Shown here in pieces: positions 45,828 through 56,253 of a stretch of 64,000 bases of DNA. The position numbers were made by a program, and so were the translations under genes. The notes under the pieces are model-generated. The model had not been told where the DNA came from, made no database searches, and worked only from the letters and a program-made list of their open reading frames with translations. This DNA is from Bacteroidales bacterium (GTDB lineage Bacteria > Bacteroidota > Bacteroidia > Bacteroidales > JAFGUD01), in the NCBI GenBank assembly GCA_016936595.1, contig JAFGXO010000059.1, positions 15,654 through 79,653 on the forward strand, read 5' to 3'. How positions within the stretch are numbered: position 1 is the stretch's first letter; the number at the start of each line of letters is the position of its first letter.

Positions 45828-46348
45828 TTATTTTTGATTTTTTTTCTCAACTTATCTAAAAATAAGTTTTCATCTAAATATAAGTTTTCAATAATTGCTT
45901 TTTCAAAACTCACAAAAGTTAAAACAGCAGTATAATAAGATTTTTTTGACTTAAAAATAACTTTGTAAAGATATTCATTTTTATTTTTGATAAAAACTTT
46001 ATAAACAGGTTTCCGTTTAAAATAAAGAGTATCTGACGCTAATATTTCATATTGATTATAATTCAAATAAAGCTCAAGAATAGATGATGGGGTGTCGTTG
46101 ATAGCTAAACCAATAAATAAGTTGTATGACGTTGAACTGATATAGCGTTGTATAGGCACTTGATGTTGTAAACTAAAATTATATTTATCATATTTAGAAA
46201 CAATAAGTGTATCAACAGCAATGCTTGCCTCAAGATTATTTAAAAAATATTTTTCTTTAGCACCATACAAGATAAAATTTTGAGAAAATAAATTTAAAGA
46301 CAAAGAAGTAATAATAATAATAATAAGACTAAAAAGTATTTTTTTCAT
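45824..46348 (-). CDS. Hypothetical secreted protein
   Basis: 174 aa with an N-terminal signal-like LIIIIITSLSLNLFSQ. No family recognised. Confidence 0.45.
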   Translation of the reverse strand: MKKILFSLIIIIITSLSLNLFSQNFILYGAKEKYFLNNLEASIAVDTLIVSKYDKYNFSLQHQVPIQRYISSTSYNLFIGLAINDTPSSILELYLNYNQYEILASDTLYFKRKPVYKVFIKNKNEYLYKVIFKSKKSYYTAVLTFVSFEKAIIENLYLDENLFLDKLRKKIKNK

Positions 46349-46368
46349 TTAAAGATAATATTTATATT

Positions 46369-46403
46369 AAAAAAAAAGGAACAGCATATAAATACCGTTC
46401 CTT
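46369..46403 (-). terminator. Intrinsic terminator after the TRL-like gene pair
   Basis: On the minus strand: AGGAAC-ggtatttatatgct-GTTCCT followed by T9, 21 nt after the stop at 46425. Confidence 0.55.
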
Positions 46404-46424
46404 ATAATTGCGAAATTTCAGGTT

Positions 46425-46712
46425 TTATTCTCCTGTAACAATAGTTTCGTAAGTCCAAATAATACCTAAAATATTATCTTGTTTCATGTCAACAGTAGAA
46501 ATTTTAGTAATTCCACCATTTCTAGCTGCAGTTTGGATACTTGCATCTTGATCAAGAGCTAAAAAGCCAAGATAAACAGTAGCAGTAGCAGTACCAACTT
46601 TAGTTCCAACAGGGTTACTTGTAGCAGTAACAGGCATTACGATTGAACAAGAAGATAATAAAAGTGCACCAGCGGCAACAAAACCTAAAATTGAATTTCT
46701 TAATTTTTTCAT
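46425..46712 (-). CDS. TRL-like small lipoprotein
   Basis: 95 aa with lipobox LLSSCS. The sequence TSNPVGTKVGTATATVYLGFLALDQDASIQTAARNGGITKISTVD fits the TRL-like family pattern. Confidence 0.6.
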   Translation of the reverse strand: MKKLRNSILGFVAAGALLLSSCSIVMPVTATSNPVGTKVGTATATVYLGFLALDQDASIQTAARNGGITKISTVDMKQDNILGIIWTYETIVTGE

Positions 46713-46745
46713 TGTTAGTAATTTTATAATTTATTAAAAGATTAA

Positions 46746-47033
46746 TTATTCTCCGGTAACAATAGTTTCATAAGTCCAAATAAGACCTAAAACATTACCT
46801 TGTTTCATATCAACTGTAGATATTTTTTTAATTCCGCCATTTTTTGCAGCAGTTTGAATACTAGCATCTTGATCAAGAGCTAAAAAGCCAAGATAAACAG
46901 TTGCTTTAGAAGTACCAACTTTAGTTCCAACAGGATTACTTGTAGCTGCAACAGGCACGACTATTGAACATGAAGTCAATAACATTGCACCAACGGCAAC
47001 TAAACCTAAAATAGAATTTCTTAATTTTTTCAT
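46746..47033 (-). CDS. TRL-like small lipoprotein (tandem paralog)
   Basis: ATG at 47033 (MKKLRNSILG...); the track start at 47063 is TTG. It differs from the 46425..46712 product at 13 of 95 residues by eye. Confidence 0.6.
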   Translation of the reverse strand: MKKLRNSILGLVAVGAMLLTSCSIVVPVAATSNPVGTKVGTSKATVYLGFLALDQDASIQTAAKNGGIKKISTVDMKQGNVLGLIWTYETIVTGE

Positions 47034-47170
47034 ATTAAATATTGATTTAAAAATTTCGCCCAAATATAAAATAAAATATACATTCTAAAAAATTATTCGT
47101 CAAAAAGTGTATAAAAAAGGAGTTTTTAGAAAACTACACTTTAAAAACCCTTACATTTTCAAAAAAAAGG

Positions 47171-48565
47171 CTAATATCTATAATGTTCGGGTTTATAAGG
47201 CCCGTCAACTTTTACGCCTATGTAATCGGCTTGTTCTTTAGATAAAGTAGTTAAATTTACTCCTACATGTTTCAAATGCAATCGGGCAACCTCTTCATCT
47301 AAATATTTAGGCAATCTATACACATCTATTTTATAATCTTTTTTCCACAAATCAATTTGGGCTAGGGTTTGATTAGTAAACGAATTACTCATCACAAAAG
47401 AAGGATGACCTGTAGCTGTTCCTAAATTAACTAAACGACCGTCGGCTAAAAGAATAATAGAATGTCCATCAGGAAAAACATATTGATCAACTTGAGGTTT
47501 AATATTTATATGTTTTATTCCGGGATAGGTTTTTAATTTTTCAACCTGAATTTCATTATCAAAATGACCTATATTGCAAACAATAGCTTTATCTTTCATT
47601 TTAGCCATGTGTTCAACAGTGATAATATCTTTATTTCCGGTAGCAGTAACAAATATATCAGTTTTTTGTACAACTTCTTCAGTTAATTTCACTTCAAAAC
47701 CTTCCATTGCAGCTTGTAAGGCACAAATAGGGTCAATTTCAGTAACAGTAACTTTTGCACCAAATCCTTTAAGCGATTGAGCAGAACCTTTTCCTACATC
47801 GCCGTATCCGCATACTAAAACAGATTTTCCGGCAACCATAATATCGGTAGCTCTTTTAATACCATCAGCAAGAGACTCACGGCAACCGTAAAGATTATCA
47901 AATTTTGATTTAGTTACAGAATCGTTAACATTTATTGCAGGGAATAAAAGTTTTCCTTGTTCCATCATTTGATACAACCGATGAACACCAGTAGTTGTTT
48001 CTTCGGAAACTCCTTTAATATTTTTGGCTATACGTTGCCATTTAGTTTTATCCTGTGCATATATTGCATTAAACCGTTTAAAAAGCTCAATTTCGTCTTC
48101 GGTAGTTTTAGTTTCATTTAAAAGTGCAGGATTTTTTTCTACATCAACGCCTAAATGCACCATTAAAGTGGCATCTCCTCCATCATCAACAATTAAATCG
48201 GGTCCCGAACCATCAGGGAAAGTAAGAGCTTGTTCTGTAGCCCACCAATATTCTTCAAGAGTTTCACCTTTCCAAGCAAAAACAGGAATACCGGTTTTAG
48301 CAATTGCAGCGGCAGCGTGATCTTGAGTTGAATAAATATTGCAACTTGCCCAACGCACGTCGGCACCAAGTTCTACAAGAGTTTCAATTAAAACGGCTGT
48401 TTGTATTGTCATGTGTAAAGAGCCGGATATTTTAGCCCCTTTTAAAGGTTTTTCTTCAGAAAATCTTCGTCTTAAAGACATTAATCCTGGCATTTCAATT
48501 TCGGCTAAACCAATTTCTTTTCTCCCCCAATCGGCAAGACTAAGATCTTTTATTTTGTAATTCAT
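47171..48565 (-). CDS. ahcY: Adenosylhomocysteinase
   Basis: [18 protein letters not shown]..., the NAD site [14 protein letters not shown], and the C-terminal YRY. Confidence 0.95.
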   Translation of the reverse strand: MNYKIKDLSLADWGRKEIGLAEIEMPGLMSLRRRFSEEKPLKGAKISGSLHMTIQTAVLIETLVELGADVRWASCNIYSTQDHAAAAIAKTGIPVFAWKGETLEEYWWATEQALTFPDGSGPDLIVDDGGDATLMVHLGVDVEKNPALLNETKTTEDEIELFKRFNAIYAQDKTKWQRIAKNIKGVSEETTTGVHRLYQMMEQGKLLFPAINVNDSVTKSKFDNLYGCRESLADGIKRATDIMVAGKSVLVCGYGDVGKGSAQSLKGFGAKVTVTEIDPICALQAAMEGFEVKLTEEVVQKTDIFVTATGNKDIITVEHMAKMKDKAIVCNIGHFDNEIQVEKLKTYPGIKHINIKPQVDQYVFPDGHSIILLADGRLVNLGTATGHPSFVMSNSFTNQTLAQIDLWKKDYKIDVYRLPKYLDEEVARLHLKHVGVNLTTLSKEQADYIGVKVDGPYKPEHYRY

Positions 48566-48596
48566 AGTTATATTTGTATTAATGATTTAAATAATT

Positions 48597-49484
48597 TTAG
48601 TTTAAGTTAATAGATGCATCGCCAATTTCTTTTCCTTCAGAGAAGATAAAAACAGTATAATTACCTGAAGGCAAATCACTTACATCAACAGTATAATAAA
48701 CACATAGATTTTGAGAATTTCCGTCATATTCTATTTCTTTAACCGAAGAATAAGCTATATTTTGTCCTTGATAATTAAAAAATCCTGAATTATTATTCCT
48801 TAAAACTTCGCCATCAGGTTTAGTTATCCTAAGATAAACATACTTTCTGCCGGTAGTAATAACTTTATTTTCGGATAAAATAAAGCAAACTTGAAATTTC
48901 TCAACTTTATTGCTTCGTTCAGTTGTTTTACCTCGTTGGTTTAGAGCAGTTAAATTAAGTGAATAAGCTGTTAATTCTTTAGCTACCTGTATTGTTTGTT
49001 GCAAACTATCATTTTGTGTTGATAAATTTTGCGTTTGTTGAACTTGATTATCATATTGTTGTTGAATTTGGGTATTTTTAGCAACAAGTATTTGATTTGC
49101 TTGATAAAGAGAATCAATTTGATGAACGTAGCTTTTCATGATCGTTTTTAAAGTTTCAACTTCGTCTTTAAGTTGCTTAATTCGGGCATAATCCGAAGCT
49201 TTTAGGTTACTTAACTCGGTCATTAAATCCTGAATACGTTGTTGTTGAACAGCTAAGCTATCATTAATTTGTGCATTGTTTGTTTGTAAACCTTCATACA
49301 CTAAAAACAAATCTTCGAGTTCATCGTTTAAAGAATCTTTTTGCATTGTTTGAGTTTCAATTTCAACAATCATGCTGTCTTTTTGTTTAATGGTATGAAT
49401 TTTATCAAAAACAAAATAGATAATAATGAAAGAGAGCAAAATAATTGTAATTTTGTAGCCGATATTTGAATTTTTTTCTGCCAT
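48597..49484 (-). CDS. Membrane-anchored coiled-coil protein, function unknown
   Basis: ATG at 49484 (MAEKNSNIGYKITIILLSFIIIYF) is supported by a -7 box 13 nt upstream. It has a Q-rich coiled coil and a C-terminal beta-rich domain. Confidence 0.5.
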   Translation of the reverse strand: MAEKNSNIGYKITIILLSFIIIYFVFDKIHTIKQKDSMIVEIETQTMQKDSLNDELEDLFLVYEGLQTNNAQINDSLAVQQQRIQDLMTELSNLKASDYARIKQLKDEVETLKTIMKSYVHQIDSLYQANQILVAKNTQIQQQYDNQVQQTQNLSTQNDSLQQTIQVAKELTAYSLNLTALNQRGKTTERSNKVEKFQVCFILSENKVITTGRKYVYLRITKPDGEVLRNNNSGFFNYQGQNIAYSSVKEIEYDGNSQNLCVYYTVDVSDLPSGNYTVFIFSEGKEIGDASINLN

Positions 49485-49496
49485 ATTATTTTTTTG

Positions 49497-49504
49497 CAAA
49501 TATA
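49497..49504 (-). promoter_or_regulatory. -7 box TATATTTG (minus strand)
   Basis: The reverse complement of CAAATATA matches TAnnTTTG, immediately upstream of the ATG at 49484. Confidence 0.4.
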
Positions 49505-49573
49505 GACAAATTACGTAAAAAGTTGCACATTTATAGCTAAAAAACATTAAAACATTAAACAAGGACTCTAAAA

Positions 49574-50347
49574 ATGACTTATTTTAAAACACTTACAATA
49601 ATAATATTTTTTTCGGTTAGTTTTTTTGCATGTAATCAAAACGATAAATCCAATGAATTAATACCAAAAAAAACATTTATAAATCTGCTTATTGATCTTC
49701 ATAAAGTAGATGCATTGTTAAATAATATGGGCTTGATGGATAATAAGTTAACAAACGAAGACTCATTATCGTACTACAATAAAATTTTTCAGGATTATGA
49801 TATTACAAGAGCTCAATTTTATTACACTTTTGATTATTACACTCATAACATGAGCGATTTTTTAGAACTTCAAAAAATAGTAATTGATTCATTAAACAAT
49901 GAATTTATACTATTAGATTCTTTGGCAAAAATTGGGCTTAGACAGCAAGATTTATGGACATTAAAAAGAGAATGGAGTTTACCCAAAGATGGGGTTACAA
50001 ATTCAATACCATTTAAATTTGCCACAAAAAATCCGGGCAATTACACCTTAACTGCTGATATAAAATCTTATCCCGACGATTTAAGTAAAGAATTAGAGAT
50101 GAAAATCGGTGCTTATTACTCAGATGCTTCCGAAGATGTTAATGCTGTAAAAATTGATGTAAAAAATGGAACATGGAAACAATATTCGGTTAAAGTTTCA
50201 GTAAATCCAAACAAACAATTAAGCTACATCGAAGTGGAATTGTTATCTCACTCAAACAATACAACATATATGCACGTTCAGGTTAAAGGTGTTATGCTTA
50301 CTTTTGAAGAATTAGATAACGCATTAGACTCTGTTGCTACTAATTGA
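49574..50347 (+). CDS. Hypothetical lipoprotein (DUF4296-like N-terminus)
   Basis: Lipobox SFFACNQ. IPKKTFINLLIDLHKVDALLN resembles DUF4296. Confidence 0.45.
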   Translation: MTYFKTLTIIIFFSVSFFACNQNDKSNELIPKKTFINLLIDLHKVDALLNNMGLMDNKLTNEDSLSYYNKIFQDYDITRAQFYYTFDYYTHNMSDFLELQKIVIDSLNNEFILLDSLAKIGLRQQDLWTLKREWSLPKDGVTNSIPFKFATKNPGNYTLTADIKSYPDDLSKELEMKIGAYYSDASEDVNAVKIDVKNGTWKQYSVKVSVNPNKQLSYIEVELLSHSNNTTYMHVQVKGVMLTFEELDNALDSVATN

Positions 50348-50348
50348 C

Positions 50349-51329
50349 CTAATGTTTCTGTTGAATAGAAGTTAATATTATATCAGAAAATAAATCTGTA
50401 ATGTTTATTTTATCATAAACTAACATTTTAGGAACTATTGATTCAGAGGTCATACCGGGAACAGTGTTAACCTCTAAAAAATACAACATATTTTCTTTTA
50501 AAATATAATCCATTCTAACAATACCATTACAATTTAAGTATTCATATATTTTTTCGGAAATATATTTACATTCTTCTATAATATTATGGGCAACCGGAGC
50601 AGGGATTATTTCTTCATTTAGCTCAGAATTATATTTAGATTCATAATCAAAAAACTCATGTTTACTTCTGATTTCCATAGGAGTAAGAGCTTTAACAAAA
50701 TTATTTTTAATCACTCCGCAAGTTAGTTCAATACCTTTAATAAACTGTTCCAGAATAACCTCATTAGAATGTTCAAAAGCCTCGGTTATGGCTTTATAAG
50801 TTTGTTGTTCGTTAAAAATTTTTGTTGTTCCAAAGCTTGAGCCACCTTCATTGGGTTTAATAAAAAAAGGAAATGAATTTTGATCAATAAAATTTGCAAG
50901 TTTTTGGTCATAATTTTCATTTTTTCTAACAACAACAGAATTAGCCGACAGAACACCAAAACTTTTCAAATAATTATTGCAGAAATATTTGTTAAAAGTT
51001 AGAGCAGAAACTAAAGCATTTGTTGTATTATATGGAATTTGTAGAAGATCGAAATAAGACTGCAAGATTCCATTTTCGCCGGGATTACCATGAATTTCGA
51101 TAACTACAGCATCAAAAGTTATTTTTTTGTTATCAATAATAACAGAAAAATCATGTCTGTCAACAATACTATTTGATTTTACTTCAGTCCATTTATCTTT
51201 ATCAATTAATATTTCAAAAACATCAAATAATTTTTCATCTAGTATTGAAGCAACATATTTACCACTTTTAATAGAAATAACGGCCTCGGAAGAGAATCCG
51301 CCATACAAAACAGCAACATTTTTTTTCAT
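50349..51329 (-). CDS. ddl: D-alanine--D-alanine ligase
   Basis: MKKNVAVLYGGFSSEAVISIKSG, HGNPGENG, and the ATP-grasp C-terminus LEVNTVPGMT. Confidence 0.9.
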   Translation of the reverse strand: MKKNVAVLYGGFSSEAVISIKSGKYVASILDEKLFDVFEILIDKDKWTEVKSNSIVDRHDFSVIIDNKKITFDAVVIEIHGNPGENGILQSYFDLLQIPYNTTNALVSALTFNKYFCNNYLKSFGVLSANSVVVRKNENYDQKLANFIDQNSFPFFIKPNEGGSSFGTTKIFNEQQTYKAITEAFEHSNEVILEQFIKGIELTCGVIKNNFVKALTPMEIRSKHEFFDYESKYNSELNEEIIPAPVAHNIIEECKYISEKIYEYLNCNGIVRMDYILKENMLYFLEVNTVPGMTSESIVPKMLVYDKINITDLFSDIILTSIQQKH

Positions 51330-51340
51330 AAGATATTTTT

Positions 51341-52006
51341 TTACTCAGGAATTAAATCGGCTAAAACAGTTAACCCTCCAACAACTTTATCACCAATATT
51401 AACTTTAACAATAGAATTAAGTGGCAAAAAAACATCAAGCCTTGACCCAAATTTAATAAAACCGAGTTCTTGATCTTGATGAACATTATCGTTAACTTTA
51501 ACGTTGCAAACAATTCTACGAGCAATTAATCCGGCTATTTGTTTTACTAAAATCTCTTCGTTTTTTTTATTCTTTATAACAATAGAATTACGTTCATTTA
51601 AAACAGAGGATTTTGGGAGGTGAGCCATTAAATATTTACCTTTGTGATATTTAGCATAAGTAATTTGCCCCGAAATAGGAATCCAATTTTTATGAACATT
51701 AAAAATAGACATAAAAATAGAAATTTGTATCCTTTGATCGTTAAAATATTCATCTTCCTGAACTTTTTCGATAGTAACAACTGTTCCATCAGCCGGCGAA
51801 AACACAAAGAATTCATTTTCCTTAACAGTTCTTTTGGGATTTCTAAAAAAAACAATAATTAAAGTAAAAAGCAAAACAGAAAAAGAGTTAACAATTATAT
51901 TTAGTGCTTTTTTTTCGGAAAAAAAATGAGACGAAGCTAAATTAACTATGATTAGTAAAATTAAAAAAACTAAAATTATTTTTATGCCTTGTTTGTGTAT
52001 AATCAT
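51341..52006 (-). CDS. psd: Phosphatidylserine decarboxylase family protein
   Basis: 221 aa with N-terminal TMs. FSPADG and the C-terminal GFIKFGSRLDVFLP region. It follows cdsA. Confidence 0.8.
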   Translation of the reverse strand: MIIHKQGIKIILVFLILLIIVNLASSHFFSEKKALNIIVNSFSVLLFTLIIVFFRNPKRTVKENEFFVFSPADGTVVTIEKVQEDEYFNDQRIQISIFMSIFNVHKNWIPISGQITYAKYHKGKYLMAHLPKSSVLNERNSIVIKNKKNEEILVKQIAGLIARRIVCNVKVNDNVHQDQELGFIKFGSRLDVFLPLNSIVKVNIGDKVVGGLTVLADLIPE

Positions 52007-52016
52007 AAAAAAGAAT

Positions 52017-52832
52017 TTATAAAAAGACTAAATAAATTGAGACAGCAATAATAGCGAACAAAAAGCTATCAAAACGGTCGAGCAAACCACCATGTCCGGG
52101 CATTATTTTACCGGAATCTTTAATCCCGGCTGCACGTTTTATTTTAGATTCAACTAAATCGCCCGTAAACGCACCAAAAACAATTAATGCAGCCATTATT
52201 ATCCAATCAAATAGATTATAAATATTCAAAATTTTGTACACAATAAAACCAGAAAAGATGCCAAAAATTATTCCGCCAAGTGTACCTTCGAGGGTTTTTT
52301 TAGGTGAAATATCAGGAAAAATTTTTCTCGTTCCAATTAAACTTCCAACAAAATAAGCAACAACATCATAAGACCAAATAATTAAAAAAACACCAAGCAG
52401 AATAGAAAAATCAAATTTATTTTTATTAAAAACAATAAAATTAGTTAGAGTAAAAGGTAAAGCAATATAAAAAATGCCCATAAATTCGTAAGCCAAATTT
52501 TTAAGAACACTACCTTTACGCAATAATTCTAAAGAAAAAGAAACAAAAGCTACCGCAAGAATAAAATAACTAAACGAAGAAGAAATTAGATCAATTTTAA
52601 TTAAAAAAACAAATAAGAATAACAGCCCTGAAAACAGCAAACCAAACCATTTTTTGGGTTTACTACCCGTATTTTCAGCTATTTTATAAAACTCCCATAA
52701 ACTTTGCAACATGAAAAATTCAAAAATAATCAAAAATGAGTATTTATTGATAAATGCAAGAACAAGAAGAGCTACAAATACCAAGGCAGAAAAAATTCTT
52801 AAGAAAAGATTATTCTTCAATAATTGTTCCAC
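52017..52832 (-). CDS. cdsA: Phosphatidate cytidylyltransferase
   Basis: Signature ESKIKRAAGIKDSGKIMPGHGGLLDRFDS. Confidence 0.85.
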   Translation of the reverse strand: MEQLLKNNLFLRIFSALVFVALLVLAFINKYSFLIIFEFFMLQSLWEFYKIAENTGSKPKKWFGLLFSGLLFLFVFLIKIDLISSSFSYFILAVAFVSFSLELLRKGSVLKNLAYEFMGIFYIALPFTLTNFIVFNKNKFDFSILLGVFLIIWSYDVVAYFVGSLIGTRKIFPDISPKKTLEGTLGGIIFGIFSGFIVYKILNIYNLFDWIIMAALIVFGAFTGDLVESKIKRAAGIKDSGKIMPGHGGLLDRFDSFLFAIIAVSIYLVFL

Positions 52833-53775
52833 CCTTAGCTTCGGTTAAAATTTCTAACGCCTGATTTATTTTAATTTTTTCAACATAAAGAGCATATCCA
52901 CCAATAATGAACATACTATCTCGAATAGTAAGAATACTTGATTCTATATTATTTTCCTCCAAATAAACCAAAGATGTTTCGGCTTCTAAAAATGTATTAT
53001 ATCGTTGAATTTCAACCCATTCTTTTGTTGATTGAAGAATGTCTTCGGCTTTTTCAACATTTGTTTTTTTCACAAAAAGATCAAATTCTTGTCCATTTTG
53101 AACTATTAAAGCTCTAATTTTATTACGACCTAAAATATCCTCTTTAAGTTCAGCTGTTTCAAATTTATTATAAGTTCTTATTTTTTCCCAGTTTGTTAAT
53201 TCAGATAAAATAGAAGTAGCTTTTTGAGCATGATTATTTTGGACGTACAATGATATTTCTTCTAAATGGAAATCAGAATCTCTTTTTTTGATAATAAAAC
53301 TTTCAATGTCATTATCCTCCAATAGTTCTACTCTATATCTTGATTGTTTTACGCGAGTGCTTGTATCAACCTTTGTCCAATCTTCAATTTTTTGACCGGT
53401 TAAAAAAGGAACAACCTGCTCAATGTTTTCGTTTTCAATGTAAAGTTCGTAATTTTCGAGAATATATTTATCATTTGCTCTTTCCTTAAGGATTGTTGAA
53501 ATTCCATTGTTTAACAAATATTTTCGAAATAATTCTATTGGTTTTTTTAGTATAAAAGAGTTTATTTTAGTTAATCCTTGCATCTGCTCAAGAATAATCA
53601 TAGCCTTTTTTTCGTCTTTAGGGTGCACATATACGTCTATTTCGCCTAAAAGGAACAGACTATCTTTGGCATTAATAACAACGGTTTCAATTCCTGCATT
53701 AGTTAATAACTGTTTCCTAATTTCGGCCTCATAGCTACTACTAAAGGATATTATTTTTGTCCAATCATTGTTCAT
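52810..53775 (-). CDS. Protein built of five DUF2007-like (~60 aa) modules
   Basis: The module pattern recurs five times: W.KI....n..EAE.....L...GIE..i......f....i.lYV......KA..IL. The 3' end overlaps the cdsA start by 23 nt. Confidence 0.45.
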   Translation of the reverse strand: MNNDWTKIISFSSSYEAEIRKQLLTNAGIETVVINAKDSLFLLGEIDVYVHPKDEKKAMIILEQMQGLTKINSFILKKPIELFRKYLLNNGISTILKERANDKYILENYELYIENENIEQVVPFLTGQKIEDWTKVDTSTRVKQSRYRVELLEDNDIESFIIKKRDSDFHLEEISLYVQNNHAQKATSILSELTNWEKIRTYNKFETAELKEDILGRNKIRALIVQNGQEFDLFVKKTNVEKAEDILQSTKEWVEIQRYNTFLEAETSLVYLEENNIESSILTIRDSMFIIGGYALYVEKIKINQALEILTEAKGGTIIEE

Positions 53776-53859
53776 AAATACTGTTTTTTTTCAAGAAAGA
53801 ATAAAATTCAATTTTTGATAAAAGTATCAATTTAAATTGAGAAAAAAGAAAAATTTGAG

Positions 53860-55848
53860 TTAAAATTTCACACCACTATCATTATTTTTTTTCTCGTCTC
53901 TCATTTTTTTCACACCATCAATAACAGCTCGAGCATCGGTAGTAAATTCTCGTGGTCCTAAAATCTCTTCAACGTCTTCGGTATAGATAACCTCCTTTTC
54001 TTTTAATCTTTGAGCAAGTAGTTCAAATTTGCCGTTGTATTCAACAACTATTTTTTTAGCTCTTGCATATTGTTGTTCAATTATTATTCTAACCTCATCG
54101 TCAATTATTTCAGCTGTTTTTTCGCTGTAAGGTTTTGTAAATGAATATTCTTGTCCCTGAGAATCGTAATAACTAACATTAGGCAATTTATCACTCATTC
54201 CAAAAAATGCAACCATTGAATAAACCTGTTTAGTTACTTTTTCCAAATCATTTAAAGCTCCGGAAGAAATAGAACTAAGCATAACTTCTTCGGCAGCACG
54301 ACCACCAAGAGCAGCACAAACTTCATCAAAAAATTGTTCTTTTGTAGAGAGTTGTCGTTCTTCGGGCAGATACCAAGCAGCACCGAGTGAACGTCCACGA
54401 GGCACAATAGTAACTTTAATAAGCGGTTGAGCATGTTTAAGCATCCAACTTACAGTAGCATGACCAGCTTCGTGATAGGCAATTCGTTGTTTTTCGTCTG
54501 GTTTAATAACTTTAGAACGTTTTTCTAAGCCGCCAATTATTTTATCTATCGCATCATGAAAATCCTGATGGTCTATTTTATCTTTATCCTGTCGAGCAGC
54601 AATAAGAGCAGATTCATTACAAACATTTGCAATATCAGCACCGGAAAAACCTGGGGTTTGTTTGGCTAATAAATTAAGATTTACATCATTTTTAATTTGC
54701 AATCCAACAGTATGAACCCTAAAAATAGCTTCACGTTCGCTTAGTTCGGGCAATTCAAGAGTAATTTGTCTGTCAAATCTACCGGCTCTAAGCAAGGCAG
54801 AGTCTAATACATCTGCACGGTTTGTAGCGGCAAGTAAAATAACTCCTGTATTAGTATCAAACCCGTCCATTTCTGTAAGAAGCTGATTAAGAGTATTTTC
54901 TCGTTCGTCATTAGAATTAAAACTCGCTCTTTTGCTACGGGATCTACCTATTGCATCAATTTCATCAATAAAAATAATGCAAGGAGCTTTAGCTTTTGCT
55001 TGTGCAAATAAATCTCTAACCCTTGAGGCTCCAACGCCTACAAACATTTCAACAAAATCAGACCCCGACATAGAAAAGAAAGGAACTTCGGCCTCGCCGG
55101 CAACGGCTTTTGCCAATAAGGTTTTTCCGGTTCCCGGAGGGCCAATAAGTAAAACACCCTTAGGAATTTTACCACCGAGACGAGTATATTTTTCAGAATT
55201 TTTTAAGAAATCAACAATTTCAACAATTTCTGTTTTAGCTTCTTCTAAACCGGCAACTTGATCAAAAGTAATTTTAATTTTACTTCCTTCAAAAAGTTTA
55301 GCTCTGGATTTTCCCATTGAGAAAATATTATTTCCTCCTCCACCTCCTCCAACGCGTCTGAACATAAAAAACCAAATAAAAACTAACAAAAGAAGAGGTA
55401 AAACCCAACCTAAAGCATCACCCCATATATCTTTACGTTTTATATTTTTTATATACGGTTGATCATTTACAGATAAATTTTGTTGTGCTTCGGCAATTTT
55501 TTCGTCAAATTTATCAGCAGAAGTAATCACATATTTAAATTGAGGTCCTTTAGCATCTAAATCATTTGTAGAGTTTGTTATTGATTTTGCAGTGTCTAAA
55601 CGATCAGATTTAATATAAATTTCGGCAAAATCGCGATTAATTACGTCTATACGAGACACATAGTTACCTTGTAAAAGTTTATTAAGTTCACGCCAGCCAA
55701 TTTCAACAGCCGTAGGCTTAAAATTAATAAATTGCAACAAAATTATACCGGCAATAATACCACCATAAATCCAAAAAATATTTTTATTCATATTTTTTTT
55801 TGGCGGGTTATTTTCGGAATTTTGTTTATTTTCTTTATTTTCTTGCAT
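53860..55848 (-). CDS. ftsH: ATP-dependent zinc metalloprotease FtsH
   Basis: Walker [12 protein letters not shown] region, and the HEAGH zinc motif. Confidence 0.95.
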   Translation of the reverse strand: MQENKENKQNSENNPPKKNMNKNIFWIYGGIIAGIILLQFINFKPTAVEIGWRELNKLLQGNYVSRIDVINRDFAEIYIKSDRLDTAKSITNSTNDLDAKGPQFKYVITSADKFDEKIAEAQQNLSVNDQPYIKNIKRKDIWGDALGWVLPLLLLVFIWFFMFRRVGGGGGGNNIFSMGKSRAKLFEGSKIKITFDQVAGLEEAKTEIVEIVDFLKNSEKYTRLGGKIPKGVLLIGPPGTGKTLLAKAVAGEAEVPFFSMSGSDFVEMFVGVGASRVRDLFAQAKAKAPCIIFIDEIDAIGRSRSKRASFNSNDERENTLNQLLTEMDGFDTNTGVILLAATNRADVLDSALLRAGRFDRQITLELPELSEREAIFRVHTVGLQIKNDVNLNLLAKQTPGFSGADIANVCNESALIAARQDKDKIDHQDFHDAIDKIIGGLEKRSKVIKPDEKQRIAYHEAGHATVSWMLKHAQPLIKVTIVPRGRSLGAAWYLPEERQLSTKEQFFDEVCAALGGRAAEEVMLSSISSGALNDLEKVTKQVYSMVAFFGMSDKLPNVSYYDSQGQEYSFTKPYSEKTAEIIDDEVRIIIEQQYARAKKIVVEYNGKFELLAQRLKEKEVIYTEDVEEILGPREFTTDARAVIDGVKKMRDEKKNNDSGVKF

Positions 55849-55859
55849 TTTTAAAGTCT

Positions 55860-56228
55860 TTAATTATAATTTTTAAATTCGGCATCAGCCCATAATTTTT
55901 CGAGAGAATAAAATTCACGAGCTTCAGAACTGAAAATGTGAATAACTATGTCAAAATAATCTAACAATATCCAATTTGCAGTGTCGTATCCTTCTACATG
56001 AGTAGGTCTAATTTTAAATTCATCTCTAATTTGGCGTTGAATAAAATCACTAATAGCCTGAACTTGTTTAATATTTGACGCTTCGCAGATAACAAAATAG
56101 TCACAAATACTGCTTTGCTCAATTGAAAATTTTAATGAAGTTATATTTTCCCCTTTTTTTTCTTTGATACTTTCAATAACTTTTTCTAACATATTTTCAA
56201 TGAGAATCTCCTCATTTTTCATAAGCAT
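55860..56228 (-). CDS. rsfS: Ribosome silencing factor
   Basis: 122 aa. ICDYFVICEASN...NWILLDYFDIVIHIF...REFYSLEKLW is typical of RsfS/YbeB. Confidence 0.85.
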   Translation of the reverse strand: MLMKNEEILIENMLEKVIESIKEKKGENITSLKFSIEQSSICDYFVICEASNIKQVQAISDFIQRQIRDEFKIRPTHVEGYDTANWILLDYFDIVIHIFSSEAREFYSLEKLWADAEFKNYN

Positions 56229-56245
56229 ATTTTTTGTTTAATTTG

Positions 56246-56253
56246 CAAAATTA
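56246..56253 (-). promoter_or_regulatory. -7 box TAATTTTG (minus strand) for rsfS-ftsH
   Basis: The reverse complement of CAAAATTA matches TAnnTTTG, 18 nt upstream of the ATG at 56228. Confidence 0.4.

Noticed and set aside
48566-48596. Riboswitch leaders: SAH element before ahcY, TPP before dxs, cobalamin before the B12-radical SAM cluster
   Set aside because: The upstream spacers are too short (about 30-40 nt for ahcY and dxs). The 43162-43284 spacer is almost pure A/T with no GC-paired segments, so none can hold these structured elements.
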